Positions 49,428-59,651 of a stretch of DNA of 64,000 nucleotides are shown piece after piece. The DNA is from Anaerolineae bacterium. Its GTDB lineage: Bacteria > Chloroflexota > Anaerolineae > Epilineales > JAHCIE01. Positions within the stretch are counted from its first letter, which is position 1; every line of letters begins with the position of its first letter. Under the pieces are notes generated by a model, which searched no databases, was not told where the DNA came from, and saw nothing but the letters and a program-made list of their open reading frames with translations. Position numbers and translations under genes: made by a program. The DNA lies in the NCBI GenBank assembly GCA_039810085.1, contig JBDHWG010000024.1, forward strand, positions 5,689 to 69,688, written 5' to 3'.

Positions 49428-49499
49428 AACGCAGAGACGCAGAGACGCAGAGGTTGAAGACTAAGCATTTCTTTCTCTGCGCCTCTGCGCCTCTGCGTT
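49428..49499. repeat. hairpin of tandem ACGCAGAG units vs CTCTGCGC units in divergent promoter region
   Basis: arm AACGCAGAGACGCAGAGACGCAGAGG, 20-nt loop, arm CTCTGCGCCTCTGCGCCTCTGCGTT; two A-C mismatches. Confidence 0.4.
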
Positions 49500-49578
49500 G
49501 CCAGATATTGTAATGAGGGATAAGCTTCGGGTAGTGTAGGCGCAAGGTGGAGCGGGGTCAAGTAGGAGTGTTATCCCA

Positions 49579-50223
49579 ATGGATACTGAGACGACCAACA
49601 ATCTCAAGGCGAGCTATGACCGTATCGCTCCCCAGTACGTCGAGCACATCTACGGCGAGCTGGCGCACAAGCCGCTGGACCGGGCGCTCCTGGACCGCTT
49701 CGCCGACGCCGTGCGTAGTCACGGACAGGTGTGCGACATGGGCTGCGGGCCGGGCCACGTCGCCCGCTACCTTCACGAGCGCGGCGTCGATGTGCTGGGT
49801 ATGGACCTGTCGCCTGGGATGGTCGCCGAAGCGCGGCGGCTGAATCCCGGCATCGCGTTCCACGAGGGGAGCATGCTCGCCCTGGACGAGGCAGACAACG
49901 CGTGGGCCGGCATCACCGCCTTCTATTGTATCATCCACATTGGGCGCGATGAGGTCGCGGTGGCGCTGCGCGAGATGCGCCGCGTCCTCCAGCCGGGCGG
50001 CCTGCTGTTCCTCGCTTTCCACGTTGGCGACGAGATTTTGCATCCCGACGAGATGTGGGGCCAGCCGGTCGCGATTGACTTCATCTTCTACCAGCCCGAC
50101 GCGATGGTGGGCTACCTGACAGAGGCGGGGTTCGTGGTCGAGGACGTCATCGAGCGCCCGCCGTACCCTGATGTCGAGCACCAGAGCCACCGCGCCTACA
50201 TCTTCGCCCGCAAGCTTGCGTAA
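49579..50223 (+). CDS. class I SAM-dependent methyltransferase
   Basis: VCDMGCGPGHVARYL motif I; LQPGGLLFL motif. Confidence 0.75.
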   Translation: MDTETTNNLKASYDRIAPQYVEHIYGELAHKPLDRALLDRFADAVRSHGQVCDMGCGPGHVARYLHERGVDVLGMDLSPGMVAEARRLNPGIAFHEGSMLALDEADNAWAGITAFYCIIHIGRDEVAVALREMRRVLQPGGLLFLAFHVGDEILHPDEMWGQPVAIDFIFYQPDAMVGYLTEAGFVVEDVIERPPYPDVEHQSHRAYIFARKLA

Positions 50224-50317
50224 CTTTCGGGCTGACGGCAGCGTCTTTCATCATATGCGGGTCACAGAGCGGCCCGCCTAAATGCATTAGTCGCACATCC
50301 CGAGAACGCGAGGCTCC

Positions 50318-53011
50318 ATGACTACCCGAACGACTCCCCCGACTCGCCTCACACGCTGGATTCGTGTTGCCATCCTCATGGCAGCCCCCGTTGTACTCGC
50401 CGTCGCCGCGCTCACGACGTTTCGCGTGGTTCCCGCCGCCCAGGCCCATCCGACCCGCGATACCACGATCCAGATCACCGACTCGGGCTTCGTCCCACAG
50501 GCCATCACCGTTTCGGCTGGATCTTTGGTCGTGTGGGAGAACGACTCCGATAGCGCCTCCCACCGAGTCGCCTTCAACGACGGGCCGACATCCCCCGTCC
50601 TCCAGCCAAGGGATGCATACCAGCGCACCTTCGACACAGCGGGGGATTACCCCTATCACTGCGCAATTCATCCGAGTGAGACAGCGGTCGTACACGTCGT
50701 CGGCCACGTGCCGCCGAGCGAGCCGGCCGAGCTGTCGGTCACGTCGAGCCGCGACCAGCCGGTCACGCCCGGCGCCGCGATTGACTATCACATCACCTAT
50801 GAGAACCGCAGCGATGCGACCGTTGCTCAGAACACCGTCCTGACGGTCACGCTGCCCTCCGGCGCGGTGCTGCTCTCCTCGCAGCGCCGGGGCGTTCCCC
50901 TGCCGCCGACTTCCCAGGTCGGCCAGGACCTGGTCTACGCCCTTGGCGCGGTGCCGGCCGACTCTGAGAACCAGATCGACCTGCGCGTCCAAATGCCGTC
51001 GCCGCTGCCCGCGACTGGCGACGTTACCCTGACCGCGCGCATCTCGGCCAGCAATGTCGACAGCCGAGGCGACCATTACACCGAAGATAGCAGCCAGGTA
51101 GCCGTGCCGCGCCTGACGCTAGGCGTGCGTCCGGCGGAAGATAGCGGGCCCTTTGTGGCTGGTGGCGTTGTCACCTACACCCTGGAGTACGCCAACCGCG
51201 CGGATGATGTCGCCGCGCCCAACGTGACGGTCACGCTCCAGTTGCCAGCCGTAGCGACGTTCGTCTCGGCGACGCGCGACGACGAGACGGGACAGACAAC
51301 GGTGAACAGCAGCGTCGCCGGCAATATTGTCTCATTCTTCCTCGGCACACTGGCGGCGGACAGCAGCGGGCGCATCTACGCCCGGGTGCGCCTGTCTGAC
51401 TCACTAGCCGCCGGCCAGCCGATATCAATCACAGCGCGCATCAACGGGGCTGTGGCCGGTGTCGTTGGCGGAGAGCCGGAGCGGGACAGCGAAAGCTCGG
51501 ATAGCCAAATTGCGCCAGGCCAGGGCCCGAACATGTACGTCCGTCTGTCTAGCAGCGGCGACAACGAAATTAGCGGACGGCGCGTATACCAGGTCGCCTA
51601 CGGCAATATTGGGGTCGGCGACGTCGCCTCGGCGCGCGTGACCCTGACCCTGCCGAGCAGCGTGAGTGGCCCCGACTTCGGGGCAACGCCGCCGACGTTC
51701 TTCAACAACAACACGGCAGTGTGGCAAATTCCCCTGCTAGATGGGCAGACTGCGGCCATCCCATTCTACGTGCGCGTCACGCTGCGCGACTCGGGCAATA
51801 TCACGGCGACGGCGACGATCACTGGCACGTCGGAGGCCCCAGACATCCAACCGGCCGACAACGAGGCGGTTGACGTCGAGCCAATTCTTCCGCTCGCCCG
51901 ACCGACCGTCTACACGCCCAAGACCACCATCGTCGGCCCACGGCCCACCTTCCGTGGGCTTGGCACGCCCGGCGCGACGCTGTCGGTCTTCCTGGCAGCC
52001 AGCGCGAGCGGCCCGACGCAGAAGCTCGGCAGCGCCGTCGTCCGCGCCGACCGCACATGGACCATCACGCCGACGACTGCCATTGCGGTGAACGGCTGGC
52101 ATTGGGTCACGGCGACGCAGACCCTGAACAACCACGTTAGTGGTGTGGCAGGCGCATCATTCGCCGTGACCTCGACCACGGCCATTGACCCCGACAGTCT
52201 CACGCGCAACGGTATCCCCCTCGGCGGTCTCAACCCAACGCTCGGCTGGGCCCCCAACCACGTTTACAAACTAGGCATGAAGCTGCCAGCGTGCGCTACG
52301 CCAATCTCGCCCACGCTGCAATCGTCGCTGTTCAATGCCGCGGGCCTGATGACGGGCTACAAGCGCTTCCCCGGCGTGCGGCCAGCGGCCGACCCGCAGC
52401 ACGTCGACTTCGACTTCACAACGCCGATCAGCACGCTCGGCTTCGAGCTATATGTAGACTACGACTGCCCGGCGGCAACGCCCGCTGGCCCGGTGGTTCA
52501 CATCCACACATGCATTGACGGCCCGAGTTGCTCCGACGATCCGCCCGCGCCGCCCCACGACTGCGAGGACTGCGTACCGGGCAAGCCGCCGCGTCCCCGC
52601 GCCATTGACCCAGACGGCTTCGTCTACGACGCGGCGGCCGTGCGGGCCGGCGCTACCATCACCCAGTCTATCATCACCCGCGCCTGGGTGACGGCAACGC
52701 GCCAGACCGCGCCCGGCGCCTTCGCACCTTGGAACGCCCTGGAATACGGCCAGGTGAATCCTCAGTACACGGACAGCGCCTACCCGGACAAGGTGCTCAC
52801 GCCAGGCTACTTCTCGTTCCGCGTGCCGCCCGGTGCGTATCGCCTGAACGTCGCGACGCCCGGCTTCCTGCCGTACGACAGTCCGGTGCTCCAGGTCATC
52901 GAAACGCCAATCACCCACAACGTGCCGCTAGAACGCAGCGGCGGCGTCCAGCGCAACGTCGCGACTGTCCCACCTATCCGCATCTTTCTACCATACGTCC
53001 GGCGGCAGTGA
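50318..53011 (+). CDS. large secreted protein: N-terminal cupredoxin-like copper domain followed by multiple DUF11/CARDB-like beta-sandwich repeats
   Basis: signal peptide; SHRV...YPYHCAIHPSE type-1 copper-like ligand pattern (no obvious axial Met); repeated NxTxT...A.N.G motif blocks. Confidence 0.6.
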   Translation: MTTRTTPPTRLTRWIRVAILMAAPVVLAVAALTTFRVVPAAQAHPTRDTTIQITDSGFVPQAITVSAGSLVVWENDSDSASHRVAFNDGPTSPVLQPRDAYQRTFDTAGDYPYHCAIHPSETAVVHVVGHVPPSEPAELSVTSSRDQPVTPGAAIDYHITYENRSDATVAQNTVLTVTLPSGAVLLSSQRRGVPLPPTSQVGQDLVYALGAVPADSENQIDLRVQMPSPLPATGDVTLTARISASNVDSRGDHYTEDSSQVAVPRLTLGVRPAEDSGPFVAGGVVTYTLEYANRADDVAAPNVTVTLQLPAVATFVSATRDDETGQTTVNSSVAGNIVSFFLGTLAADSSGRIYARVRLSDSLAAGQPISITARINGAVAGVVGGEPERDSESSDSQIAPGQGPNMYVRLSSSGDNEISGRRVYQVAYGNIGVGDVASARVTLTLPSSVSGPDFGATPPTFFNNNTAVWQIPLLDGQTAAIPFYVRVTLRDSGNITATATITGTSEAPDIQPADNEAVDVEPILPLARPTVYTPKTTIVGPRPTFRGLGTPGATLSVFLAASASGPTQKLGSAVVRADRTWTITPTTAIAVNGWHWVTATQTLNNHVSGVAGASFAVTSTTAIDPDSLTRNGIPLGGLNPTLGWAPNHVYKLGMKLPACATPISPTLQSSLFNAAGLMTGYKRFPGVRPAADPQHVDFDFTTPISTLGFELYVDYDCPAATPAGPVVHIHTCIDGPSCSDDPPAPPHDCEDCVPGKPPRPRAIDPDGFVYDAAAVRAGATITQSIITRAWVTATRQTAPGAFAPWNALEYGQVNPQYTDSAYPDKVLTPGYFSFRVPPGAYRLNVATPGFLPYDSPVLQVIETPITHNVPLERSGGVQRNVATVPPIRIFLPYVRRQ

Positions 53012-53014
53012 CCG

Positions 53015-54361
53015 ATGAACCCGACGATCCAGAGCTATCTGAAAGACCACGCCGACGAGCACGTCCGCGACCTCCAGGCGCTGCTGCGCTTCCCTAGCAT
53101 CGCCGCCCGCACCGATGACATCTGGCGCTGCGCCACCTGGCTGGCCGACTTCATGGCCGGCTTCGGCGCGCCCCCGGAGCTTATCGCGGATGGCGGCAAC
53201 CCGGTGCTCCTGGCCGAGATGCCCGGCCAGTCGCCCAAGACGCTGCTCATCTACCTGCACTACGACGTGCAGCCCGCCGACGAACCCGACTGGCTCTCCG
53301 ACCCTTTTGGCGGCGAAGTGCGCGACGGGCGCATCTACGGGCGCGGCGCGGTGGATAACAAGGGGCCAGTGATGGCGGTCCTGGAGGCGCTGCGGGCCTA
53401 TCACGCCTGCGGCATGCAGCCGCCGGTCACGGTACGCTTCCTATGTGAAGGCGAAGAGGAAATTAGCAGCCCCACGCTGCCGGGCATCCTGGGCCGCTAC
53501 CACGACCGCATCGCCTCGGACGCGCTGGTGAACTTCGACGACAACGTCTGGGTGGACGGCCGACCGCGTGTGGTGTGCGGCATCAAGGGCATCGCCAAGA
53601 TTCGGCTGGAGGTGCGGACGCGGCGCGAGTTCCACGCCATGATGTCGCCGCTCATCGAGAACGCGGCGTGGCGGCTGGTGTGGGCGCTCAATACGCTGGT
53701 CGCGCCCGATGGCCGCATCCTCATCCGCGACTTCTACGACGAGGTTGTCCCGCCCCAGCCGCGCGACGTGGCGCTGCTGGCGGACCTGGGCTGGTCGGGG
53801 GATGAGTTACTGGCGGCAAGCGGACGGACGGCGTTCGTCGGCGGCGTCAGCGGGACCGAGGTGCTGACGCGCCTGTACCTGGAGCCGACCATCAACCTGG
53901 GCGGCATCAGCGGCGGCTACGTCCTGCCGGAGCAGAAGGGCGTCGTGCCGGCGTTTGCGGCGGCGGAGATGCGCGTCGGCACCGTCCCGAACCAGATGCC
54001 GGAGCGTGTGCTGGCGCTCATTCGGGCACACCTGGACGCGGCGGGGTTCGGGGACGTGCAGGCGTCGCTCATCTCGCGCAACCCGTGGGCGCGGACGCCG
54101 GTGGACAGCCCCATCGCCCAAGCATTGCGGAAGAGCCTGGCCGGGGCGTTCGAGCGCGACGTGGTCTTGTTCCCGACGTATCCGGGTAGTGGGCCAGAGG
54201 GCGTGTTCCAGGAGCTATTCCCAAATATGCAGCAGGCGTACAGCGGCTTCGGCCCGACCGAGGACAACCTCCACGCCCCCAACGAGTACATCGTCATCGA
54301 CGACTATCTGCGCGGGATCGAGACGGTTGTGCGGCTGTTGGAGGAATACGCGAGGGTGTAA
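53015..54361 (+). CDS. M20-family metallopeptidase/dipeptidase
   Basis: LIYLHYDVQP, GRGAVDNKG, FLCEGEEE metal-binding motifs; 4-nt gap to upstream gene. Confidence 0.8.
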   Translation: MNPTIQSYLKDHADEHVRDLQALLRFPSIAARTDDIWRCATWLADFMAGFGAPPELIADGGNPVLLAEMPGQSPKTLLIYLHYDVQPADEPDWLSDPFGGEVRDGRIYGRGAVDNKGPVMAVLEALRAYHACGMQPPVTVRFLCEGEEEISSPTLPGILGRYHDRIASDALVNFDDNVWVDGRPRVVCGIKGIAKIRLEVRTRREFHAMMSPLIENAAWRLVWALNTLVAPDGRILIRDFYDEVVPPQPRDVALLADLGWSGDELLAASGRTAFVGGVSGTEVLTRLYLEPTINLGGISGGYVLPEQKGVVPAFAAAEMRVGTVPNQMPERVLALIRAHLDAAGFGDVQASLISRNPWARTPVDSPIAQALRKSLAGAFERDVVLFPTYPGSGPEGVFQELFPNMQQAYSGFGPTEDNLHAPNEYIVIDDYLRGIETVVRLLEEYARV

Positions 54362-54810
54362 TGGCGTGCGTCAAAGGGTGTTGGACCACGAAGCGCACGA
54401 AAGGACCACGAAAAGCGCGAAAGGTTGCCGCGCGGCGATTGTCTTGCTCTTAAAATAGCGGCGTAGCAGACCTGACAAGTTTTAGAAACCTGTCAGGTCT
54501 TGCCGTCATGCTGAGCGAAGCGAAGCATCTGGGCCGCGTTGCAGCGCAGTCCATACCCCTCACTTCATTCGGGGCGACAGAGATGCTCACCCGACTGCAG
54601 GTGAAGTAAGTCTATGGCTAACTCTCGTGCCCTTCGAGGGCTTTCGCGGCCTTCGCGGTCCAGAGTGTCGCGTGCATCAGCGTGCTGCCGCAGGAGCGGC
54701 GGGCTAAAGCCGCGCCGCTAAGAATACAAAGTCCTACAGACTGCTTGAGTCCCAACGGGACTTCGTCTTCTTAGCGCCAGCGCCCGGAGCCTGGCGTCCA
54801 CATGGTAGCG
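54362..54810. repeat. composite copy A of a ~180-bp repeat (GCGTGCGTCAAAGG...GCTAAAGCCGCGCCGCTAAGA...CTTAGCGCCAGCGCCCGGAGCCTGGCGTCC) interrupted by ~255 bp
   Basis: aligns with 56697-56873; insert contains palindrome 54468-54500 and a partial GTCATGCTGAG element. Confidence 0.6.
54468..54500. repeat. palindrome AGACCTGACAAGTTTT-AG-AAACCTGTCAGGTCT (copy 2 of 2)
   Basis: near-identical to 4452-4484. Confidence 0.7.
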
Positions 54811-54898
54811 CAGTCCAATCACCGGTTTGACGATTCTTTCGGCAAGCGTATCATACCGCCGCACACGGACGATTACGGCGATGGGAAACGCGTGAATC

Positions 54899-55138
54899 AT
54901 GACAACAGATCTGGCCTCGCCTGAGTATCGACTCGCTATCTGCATCCGCAATGACGACTATCCGGCCTCGCTGGAAGTGCGCAAGATATACCAGGTCTTG
55001 CCTGACGCCAAAGGAGCCGAGCACGGCCTGATTCGCGTGATCGACGAGTCGGGCGAAGATTACCTCTACCCCGAAGACTACTTCGTCGTCGTCGAGTTGC
55101 CACCCTCCGTCCGAGCCGCGTTGCAGTTCGCCGCCTGA
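54899..55138 (+). CDS. small hypothetical protein
   Basis: 79-aa ORF, acidic; no recognisable motif. Confidence 0.3.
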   Translation: MTTDLASPEYRLAICIRNDDYPASLEVRKIYQVLPDAKGAEHGLIRVIDESGEDYLYPEDYFVVVELPPSVRAALQFAA

Positions 55139-55160
55139 CGCCATACAAATCAGCAGATAC

Positions 55161-56174
55161 TCACGCGTGCTTGCTGCCATCGGGCATCGTCGCGCCTTCA
55201 AGCGACTTGGCTACTGCTAGCTCCTCATTAGTGACTAGATGACGGTTACCATCCTCATCAACGGTATATACCCCCTCGAGATTCACTCTGTGGAGATAGG
55301 CTTCTCGCAGGTCCGCGTCGCCTAAATAAGCCGCGCAGAGGTTAGCGCCAGTTAGTCTTGCTCCCCTAAGAGTTGCCCCGCGCAGGTTTGCCCAATGGAG
55401 GTTTGTCCAAATGAGGCTCGCGCGCTGGAGATTAGCTCCGCTGAGGTTTGCTTCACGCAGGTTCGCCCGGTTAAGGTTCGCTTCGCAGAGGTTCGCCTCA
55501 AATAGGTTCGCCCCACGTAGTTCTGTACCCCTCAAATCCAAGAACTGATCAGCCTTCTCAAGTTTGGTGGACCGGCGGCCAATCACGGTAAGAATAGCTT
55601 GAATATCGGTGCGAGGTTCCATCTCCCCCCATATCGAGGCAGTTGATCCTACCTTCCTTTCAGGATGCTCCGCTTCTTGCTTGCGCGGAGCATTTTCGCG
55701 AACGAAAGCCGTCAATACCTCCATAACCGGCCAATGATGGGTCTCAGAATCTTCAGCAATGCGCTCCAAGGCATAGATTCCGCCCAGCCGAATCGTTAGG
55801 TCGTCGCTGCCCAGGTGCTCTACTGCTTTGTTGAAACGCTCGGTGATCTGGCCTTCGCGAGCAATCTCAACCTGCTTCTGCGTCGCCTCGACCTGTTTCT
55901 CGGTAGCTTCCACCGTCCGTTGTGTCGCTCGAAGGGTACGCCAGGCCGTATAACCGCCGAACAGGATCGCTGCTCCACCGATAAGTTGCAGTAGGGTTCT
56001 AAAGGCTTCATCTTGGGCGGTAACACGGTCTTTGGGGTCAAGGAGCGCCGAGGCCGGCTGCCAAAGGAAGAAGTACCAAACGACGGCTAGCGCGAGGACA
56101 AGGACAATGATGCCCGCGCTTCTGAAGTAGGGGCGGAGACGGGACAGATAGGAGCTGAGTCTTTTGCGCATCAT
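55161..56174 (-). CDS. membrane-anchored pentapeptide-repeat protein
   Basis: N-terminal TM helices, coiled-coil, then ANLREANLSGANLQRASLIWTNLHWANLRGATLRGARLTGANL pentapeptide repeats. Confidence 0.7.
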   Translation of the reverse strand: MMRKRLSSYLSRLRPYFRSAGIIVLVLALAVVWYFFLWQPASALLDPKDRVTAQDEAFRTLLQLIGGAAILFGGYTAWRTLRATQRTVEATEKQVEATQKQVEIAREGQITERFNKAVEHLGSDDLTIRLGGIYALERIAEDSETHHWPVMEVLTAFVRENAPRKQEAEHPERKVGSTASIWGEMEPRTDIQAILTVIGRRSTKLEKADQFLDLRGTELRGANLFEANLCEANLNRANLREANLSGANLQRASLIWTNLHWANLRGATLRGARLTGANLCAAYLGDADLREAYLHRVNLEGVYTVDEDGNRHLVTNEELAVAKSLEGATMPDGSKHA

Positions 56175-56204
56175 AAGCGAGGAAACAGTACTACCAGGGT
56201 TAAC

Positions 56205-56609
56205 CTACCGTAATTGGTGAGCGCGAACGCCGTCGCCCCACAGGGCCTTTTCGATCTCAGACCACGGTACGACCTTGCGTATAGCGCCCGACTGCGCCAT
56301 CATCGATGTACCCTGTGATGCGTTCTCTCGCGCCGCTGAGACCAGTTCTGGCTTTATGCCGGCTGCTTCAATGAGCCAGAGCAGCATCGCCGGGTTGACG
56401 ACATGATTATAGGCAAAGCGAGCGTCCCGTTTCGTCGTAGTCTTGCGACCGTATGCTCCTGGCCCGCCATACTCAGATAGCCAGCCCAGCCAGTGCTCTT
56501 TCTGGGTTCGGTACCATTTGCCGGGAGTGACGTGCGGCTCGTCGGAAGGAAGCGCTTCGATGGCTCGGATGAATTCTTTGATGCTTACGCTCTTGCTCAT
56601 ATAGCCCAT
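56205..56609 (-). CDS. hypothetical protein
   Basis: ORF with start at MGYMSKS (alternative 56690); no family recognised. Confidence 0.35.
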   Translation of the reverse strand: MGYMSKSVSIKEFIRAIEALPSDEPHVTPGKWYRTQKEHWLGWLSEYGGPGAYGRKTTTKRDARFAYNHVVNPAMLLWLIEAAGIKPELVSAARENASQGTSMMAQSGAIRKVVPWSEIEKALWGDGVRAHQLR

Positions 56610-56696
56610 TCCGTCGTTTTCCGTGGTCCGTTGAAATGTGCGGCAGTTCGATGTAAAGCGACATTGTGTTCCAGGACGGCAGTTTAGCACGGTTGA

Positions 56697-56873
56697 ATGC
56701 GTGCGTCAAAGGCTATTGGACCACGAAGCACCGAAAGGTCGTTGCGCGGCGAGCACGAGCGGCGCGCTAAAGCCGCGCCGCTAAGAGAGCAAAGTTCTGC
56801 GGACTCATTGAGTCCCATCGTGACTTTGCTCTCTTAGCGCCAGCGCCCGGAGCCTGGCGTCCGCACGATAGCG
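56697..56873. repeat. copy B of ~180-bp repeat (uninterrupted)
   Basis: aligns with 54362-54438 plus 54695-54810. Confidence 0.6.
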
Positions 56874-57140
56874 TGGCCCAACGCCTGGTTGCACACTTTT
56901 TCCGTTCAGCGTGCTAGCGTGTCCCTCGCAAGGGCGGGGGATTGCTTCGCGTTCGCTCGCAATGACGGCTTGGCGGTGTTCTCGTGTCGGCGCATGCCGT
57001 CACATGGCTTGAGGGTCTCGCAATGACGGCTCTAAGCGAGCAGCGAGCAGAGACACTTACGCCTCTGCTCGCTGCATTCGTTCCGACTCTGGCCCCCTTC
57101 TCACCAGGCGGGAGAAGGGGCGGGGGGATGAGGGAGGGTT

Positions 57141-57686
57141 CTACCCCGCCACCTTCGTCGTGAACTCGGCACCCAGGTGGAGGGCGCGGCGGTTGGCGTG
57201 CAGCACCTCCGGGTTGGCGGCGAACTTCTTTGCCAGCACCGCCTCGACACTCGCCAGCTGCACGACGCCCGTCGCGGCGACGAGCGCGCCCAGGGCGACA
57301 ACGTTGGCGGCGCGCGGCTGGCCTAGCTCGGCGGCGATGTCCTTCGCCATCACGTCGAACTCGTGGATGTCCGTGCGTCCAGAGCGCGTCTCGATGAGCG
57401 AGGCGTCCACGACGAGGACGCCACCCGGCGCGACGAGGGGCGCGTAGCGGTCCATGGACGGCTGGTTGAGGACGATGGCCGCCGACGGGCGCTTCACCAG
57501 CGGCGAGCCAATCTCCTCATCCGAGACGACGACGGTGCAGTTGGCCGTGCCACCGCGCATCTCTGGGCCATACGAGGGAATCCACGTCACGTGGCGACCC
57601 TCGGCGAGGGCGGCGTAGGCGATGACCTGGCCCGCGAAAAGGACGCCCTGCCCGCCGAAGCCAGCGATAATGATTTCCTGCTGCAT
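57141..57686 (-). CDS. 2-oxoacid:ferredoxin oxidoreductase gamma subunit
   Basis: IIAGFGGQGV motif of POR/KOR/VOR gamma. Confidence 0.8.
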   Translation of the reverse strand: MQQEIIIAGFGGQGVLFAGQVIAYAALAEGRHVTWIPSYGPEMRGGTANCTVVVSDEEIGSPLVKRPSAAIVLNQPSMDRYAPLVAPGGVLVVDASLIETRSGRTDIHEFDVMAKDIAAELGQPRAANVVALGALVAATGVVQLASVEAVLAKKFAANPEVLHANRRALHLGAEFTTKVAG

Positions 57687-57689
57687 GGC

Positions 57690-58475
57690 TTACTCCTTCT
57701 GACGCCCGGCCAGCGGCTTGACGGCGTCGATGACCTTGTAGTCGCCCAGGGGATAGAACGGGACCATCGTGTCCTTGACGAACTCCATCGCCTTCGCCGG
57801 GGTCATGTCCCAGTTGATGGGGCAGGTGGACAGGATCTCGACCATAGAGAAGCCGAGGCCCGCGAGCTGCACCTGGAACGCTGTCTTGATGGCCTTCTTG
57901 GTGCGGTTGATGTTGAGCACGTCATGCACCGAGCGCCGCACGATGTAAGACGAGCCGTCCAGGGTCGCCAGCATCTCGGACACGTGGATGGGGTGGCCCA
58001 TGACCGCCACGTCGCGGCCAAGCTGAGACGACGTGGTCTGCATGCCGGGCAGGGTCGTTGGAGCCATCTGGCCGCCGGTCATGCCGTAGACGCCGTTATT
58101 GACGAAGATGACGGTGATGTTCTCGCCGCGCGCCGCCGCATGCACGATCTCCGCCGCGCCGATGGACGCCAGATCGCCGTCGCCCTGGTAGGTGAACACG
58201 ACGTGGTCCGGCAAAACGCGCTTGATACCCGTCGCGGTCGCAGGGGCGCGGCCGTGGGCGGTCTGGGTGAAGTCGCAGTTGAAGTAGTTGTAGACGAACA
58301 CCGAGCAGCCGACAGAGGCAACACCAACAGTGCGCTCGCGCACGCCCAGCTCATCCAGTACTTCCGCCACGAGGCGCTCGATGACGCCGTGGGTGCAGCC
58401 GGGGCAGAAGTGGGTCACGACGTCGGTCAGCGACTCGGGCCGCTGGTAGACGACGCTCAGTTCATTGGTAAGCAT
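57690..58475 (-). CDS. 2-oxoacid:ferredoxin oxidoreductase beta subunit (TPP-binding)
   Basis: FCPGCTHG Cys motif and GDG TPP-binding motif. Confidence 0.85.
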   Translation of the reverse strand: MLTNELSVVYQRPESLTDVVTHFCPGCTHGVIERLVAEVLDELGVRERTVGVASVGCSVFVYNYFNCDFTQTAHGRAPATATGIKRVLPDHVVFTYQGDGDLASIGAAEIVHAAARGENITVIFVNNGVYGMTGGQMAPTTLPGMQTTSSQLGRDVAVMGHPIHVSEMLATLDGSSYIVRRSVHDVLNINRTKKAIKTAFQVQLAGLGFSMVEILSTCPINWDMTPAKAMEFVKDTMVPFYPLGDYKVIDAVKPLAGRQKE

Positions 58476-58499
58476 TGTAAATAACCCTCCTGCCCTCGG

Positions 58500-59624
58500 C
58501 TAGTTGATAAAGATAGGGCTGACGTGCCCATTCTGGACGAAGCCACCCAGCCGGGGCGACGGCGCGAGGGCGACCGCTTCAATGCGCTCCAGGATTTCGT
58601 CCGGCATCGGTACTGCGCCGCCGGTCCGCCCGTAGAACTCGACCTGCGCCTGTCCGTTAACGGCCAGCCGCACGTCCTCCACCATCTGGCCCGCGTTCAT
58701 CTCCACGACGAGCATGCGGTGGATGCCCTGGGCCAGCTCGGCTAAGCGCTTCGACGGGAAAGGCCACAGCGTCACGGGGCGGAACAAGCCGACGCGCAGG
58801 CCGCGGGCGCGCGCTTCGCGGATCGCCGACGAGGCAATGCGCGCTGCCGTGCCAAAGGCGACAACCAGGGTGTCGGCGTCCTCGGTAAAGCGTTCGACGT
58901 ACTGCACCTCAGTCGCCTGGATGGTGTCGTACTTGGCCTGCAAGCGCAGGTTCATGGCTTCGAGAACTTCAGGCTGGAGGCCGATGGACAGGATGATACG
59001 ATGAGCGCGGTCCTTGGCGCCGGTCAGCTCCCAGCCGTGGTCGCGCTTCTCGATGGTGCGCATCGCAGGCATCTCGACCGGCTCCATCGACTGGCCGATG
59101 TTGCCGTCGGCGGCGATGACCACGATGGTGCGATACTTCTCCGCCAGGTCGAAGGCAGTGTAGGTCAGGTCGGCAGCCTCCTGGACGGAGGACGGCGCGA
59201 GGACGATGGAGTGATAGTCACCGTGGCCGCCACCCTTAACGAGCTGGAAGTAGTCGGCCTGGGCCGCGCCGAGGTTGCCGAGGCCGGGACCGCCGCGCAT
59301 GATGTCGACCATGACGCAGGGCACTTCCGAGCCAGCGATGTAGGACATGCCCTCCTGCATCAAGGAGATGCCGGGGCTGGAGGATGACGTCATCACCCGC
59401 GCGCCAGCGCACGCTGCGCCGTAGACCATGTTGATGGCGGCCAGCTCGCTCTCAGCCTGGACGAAGGCGCGCTTGAGATCGAGCATGCGCCTGGATAGGT
59501 ATTCCAACAATTCAGTTTGGGGAGTAATTGGGTAGCCGAAATAGGCGTCCATGCCGGCCCGGACGGCGGCTTCTGCGATCGCCTCATTTCCCTTCCAGAG
59601 TTCTTTTGTCATTGTAATCTCCAC
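58500..59624 (-). CDS. 2-oxoacid:ferredoxin oxidoreductase alpha subunit
   Basis: [10 protein letters not shown]-terminal motif characteristic of alpha subunits. Confidence 0.85.
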   Translation of the reverse strand: MEITMTKELWKGNEAIAEAAVRAGMDAYFGYPITPQTELLEYLSRRMLDLKRAFVQAESELAAINMVYGAACAGARVMTSSSSPGISLMQEGMSYIAGSEVPCVMVDIMRGGPGLGNLGAAQADYFQLVKGGGHGDYHSIVLAPSSVQEAADLTYTAFDLAEKYRTIVVIAADGNIGQSMEPVEMPAMRTIEKRDHGWELTGAKDRAHRIILSIGLQPEVLEAMNLRLQAKYDTIQATEVQYVERFTEDADTLVVAFGTAARIASSAIREARARGLRVGLFRPVTLWPFPSKRLAELAQGIHRMLVVEMNAGQMVEDVRLAVNGQAQVEFYGRTGGAVPMPDEILERIEAVALAPSPRLGGFVQNGHVSPIFIN

Positions 59625-59651
59625 TCGACAGACAACAATTTAGCCGCCCCC

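Noticed and set aside
57050-57130. Hairpin CCCCTTCTC…GAGAAGGGG after the gamma-subunit gene as a terminator
   Set aside because: No U-tract on the relevant strand; region is part of repeat-rich sequence
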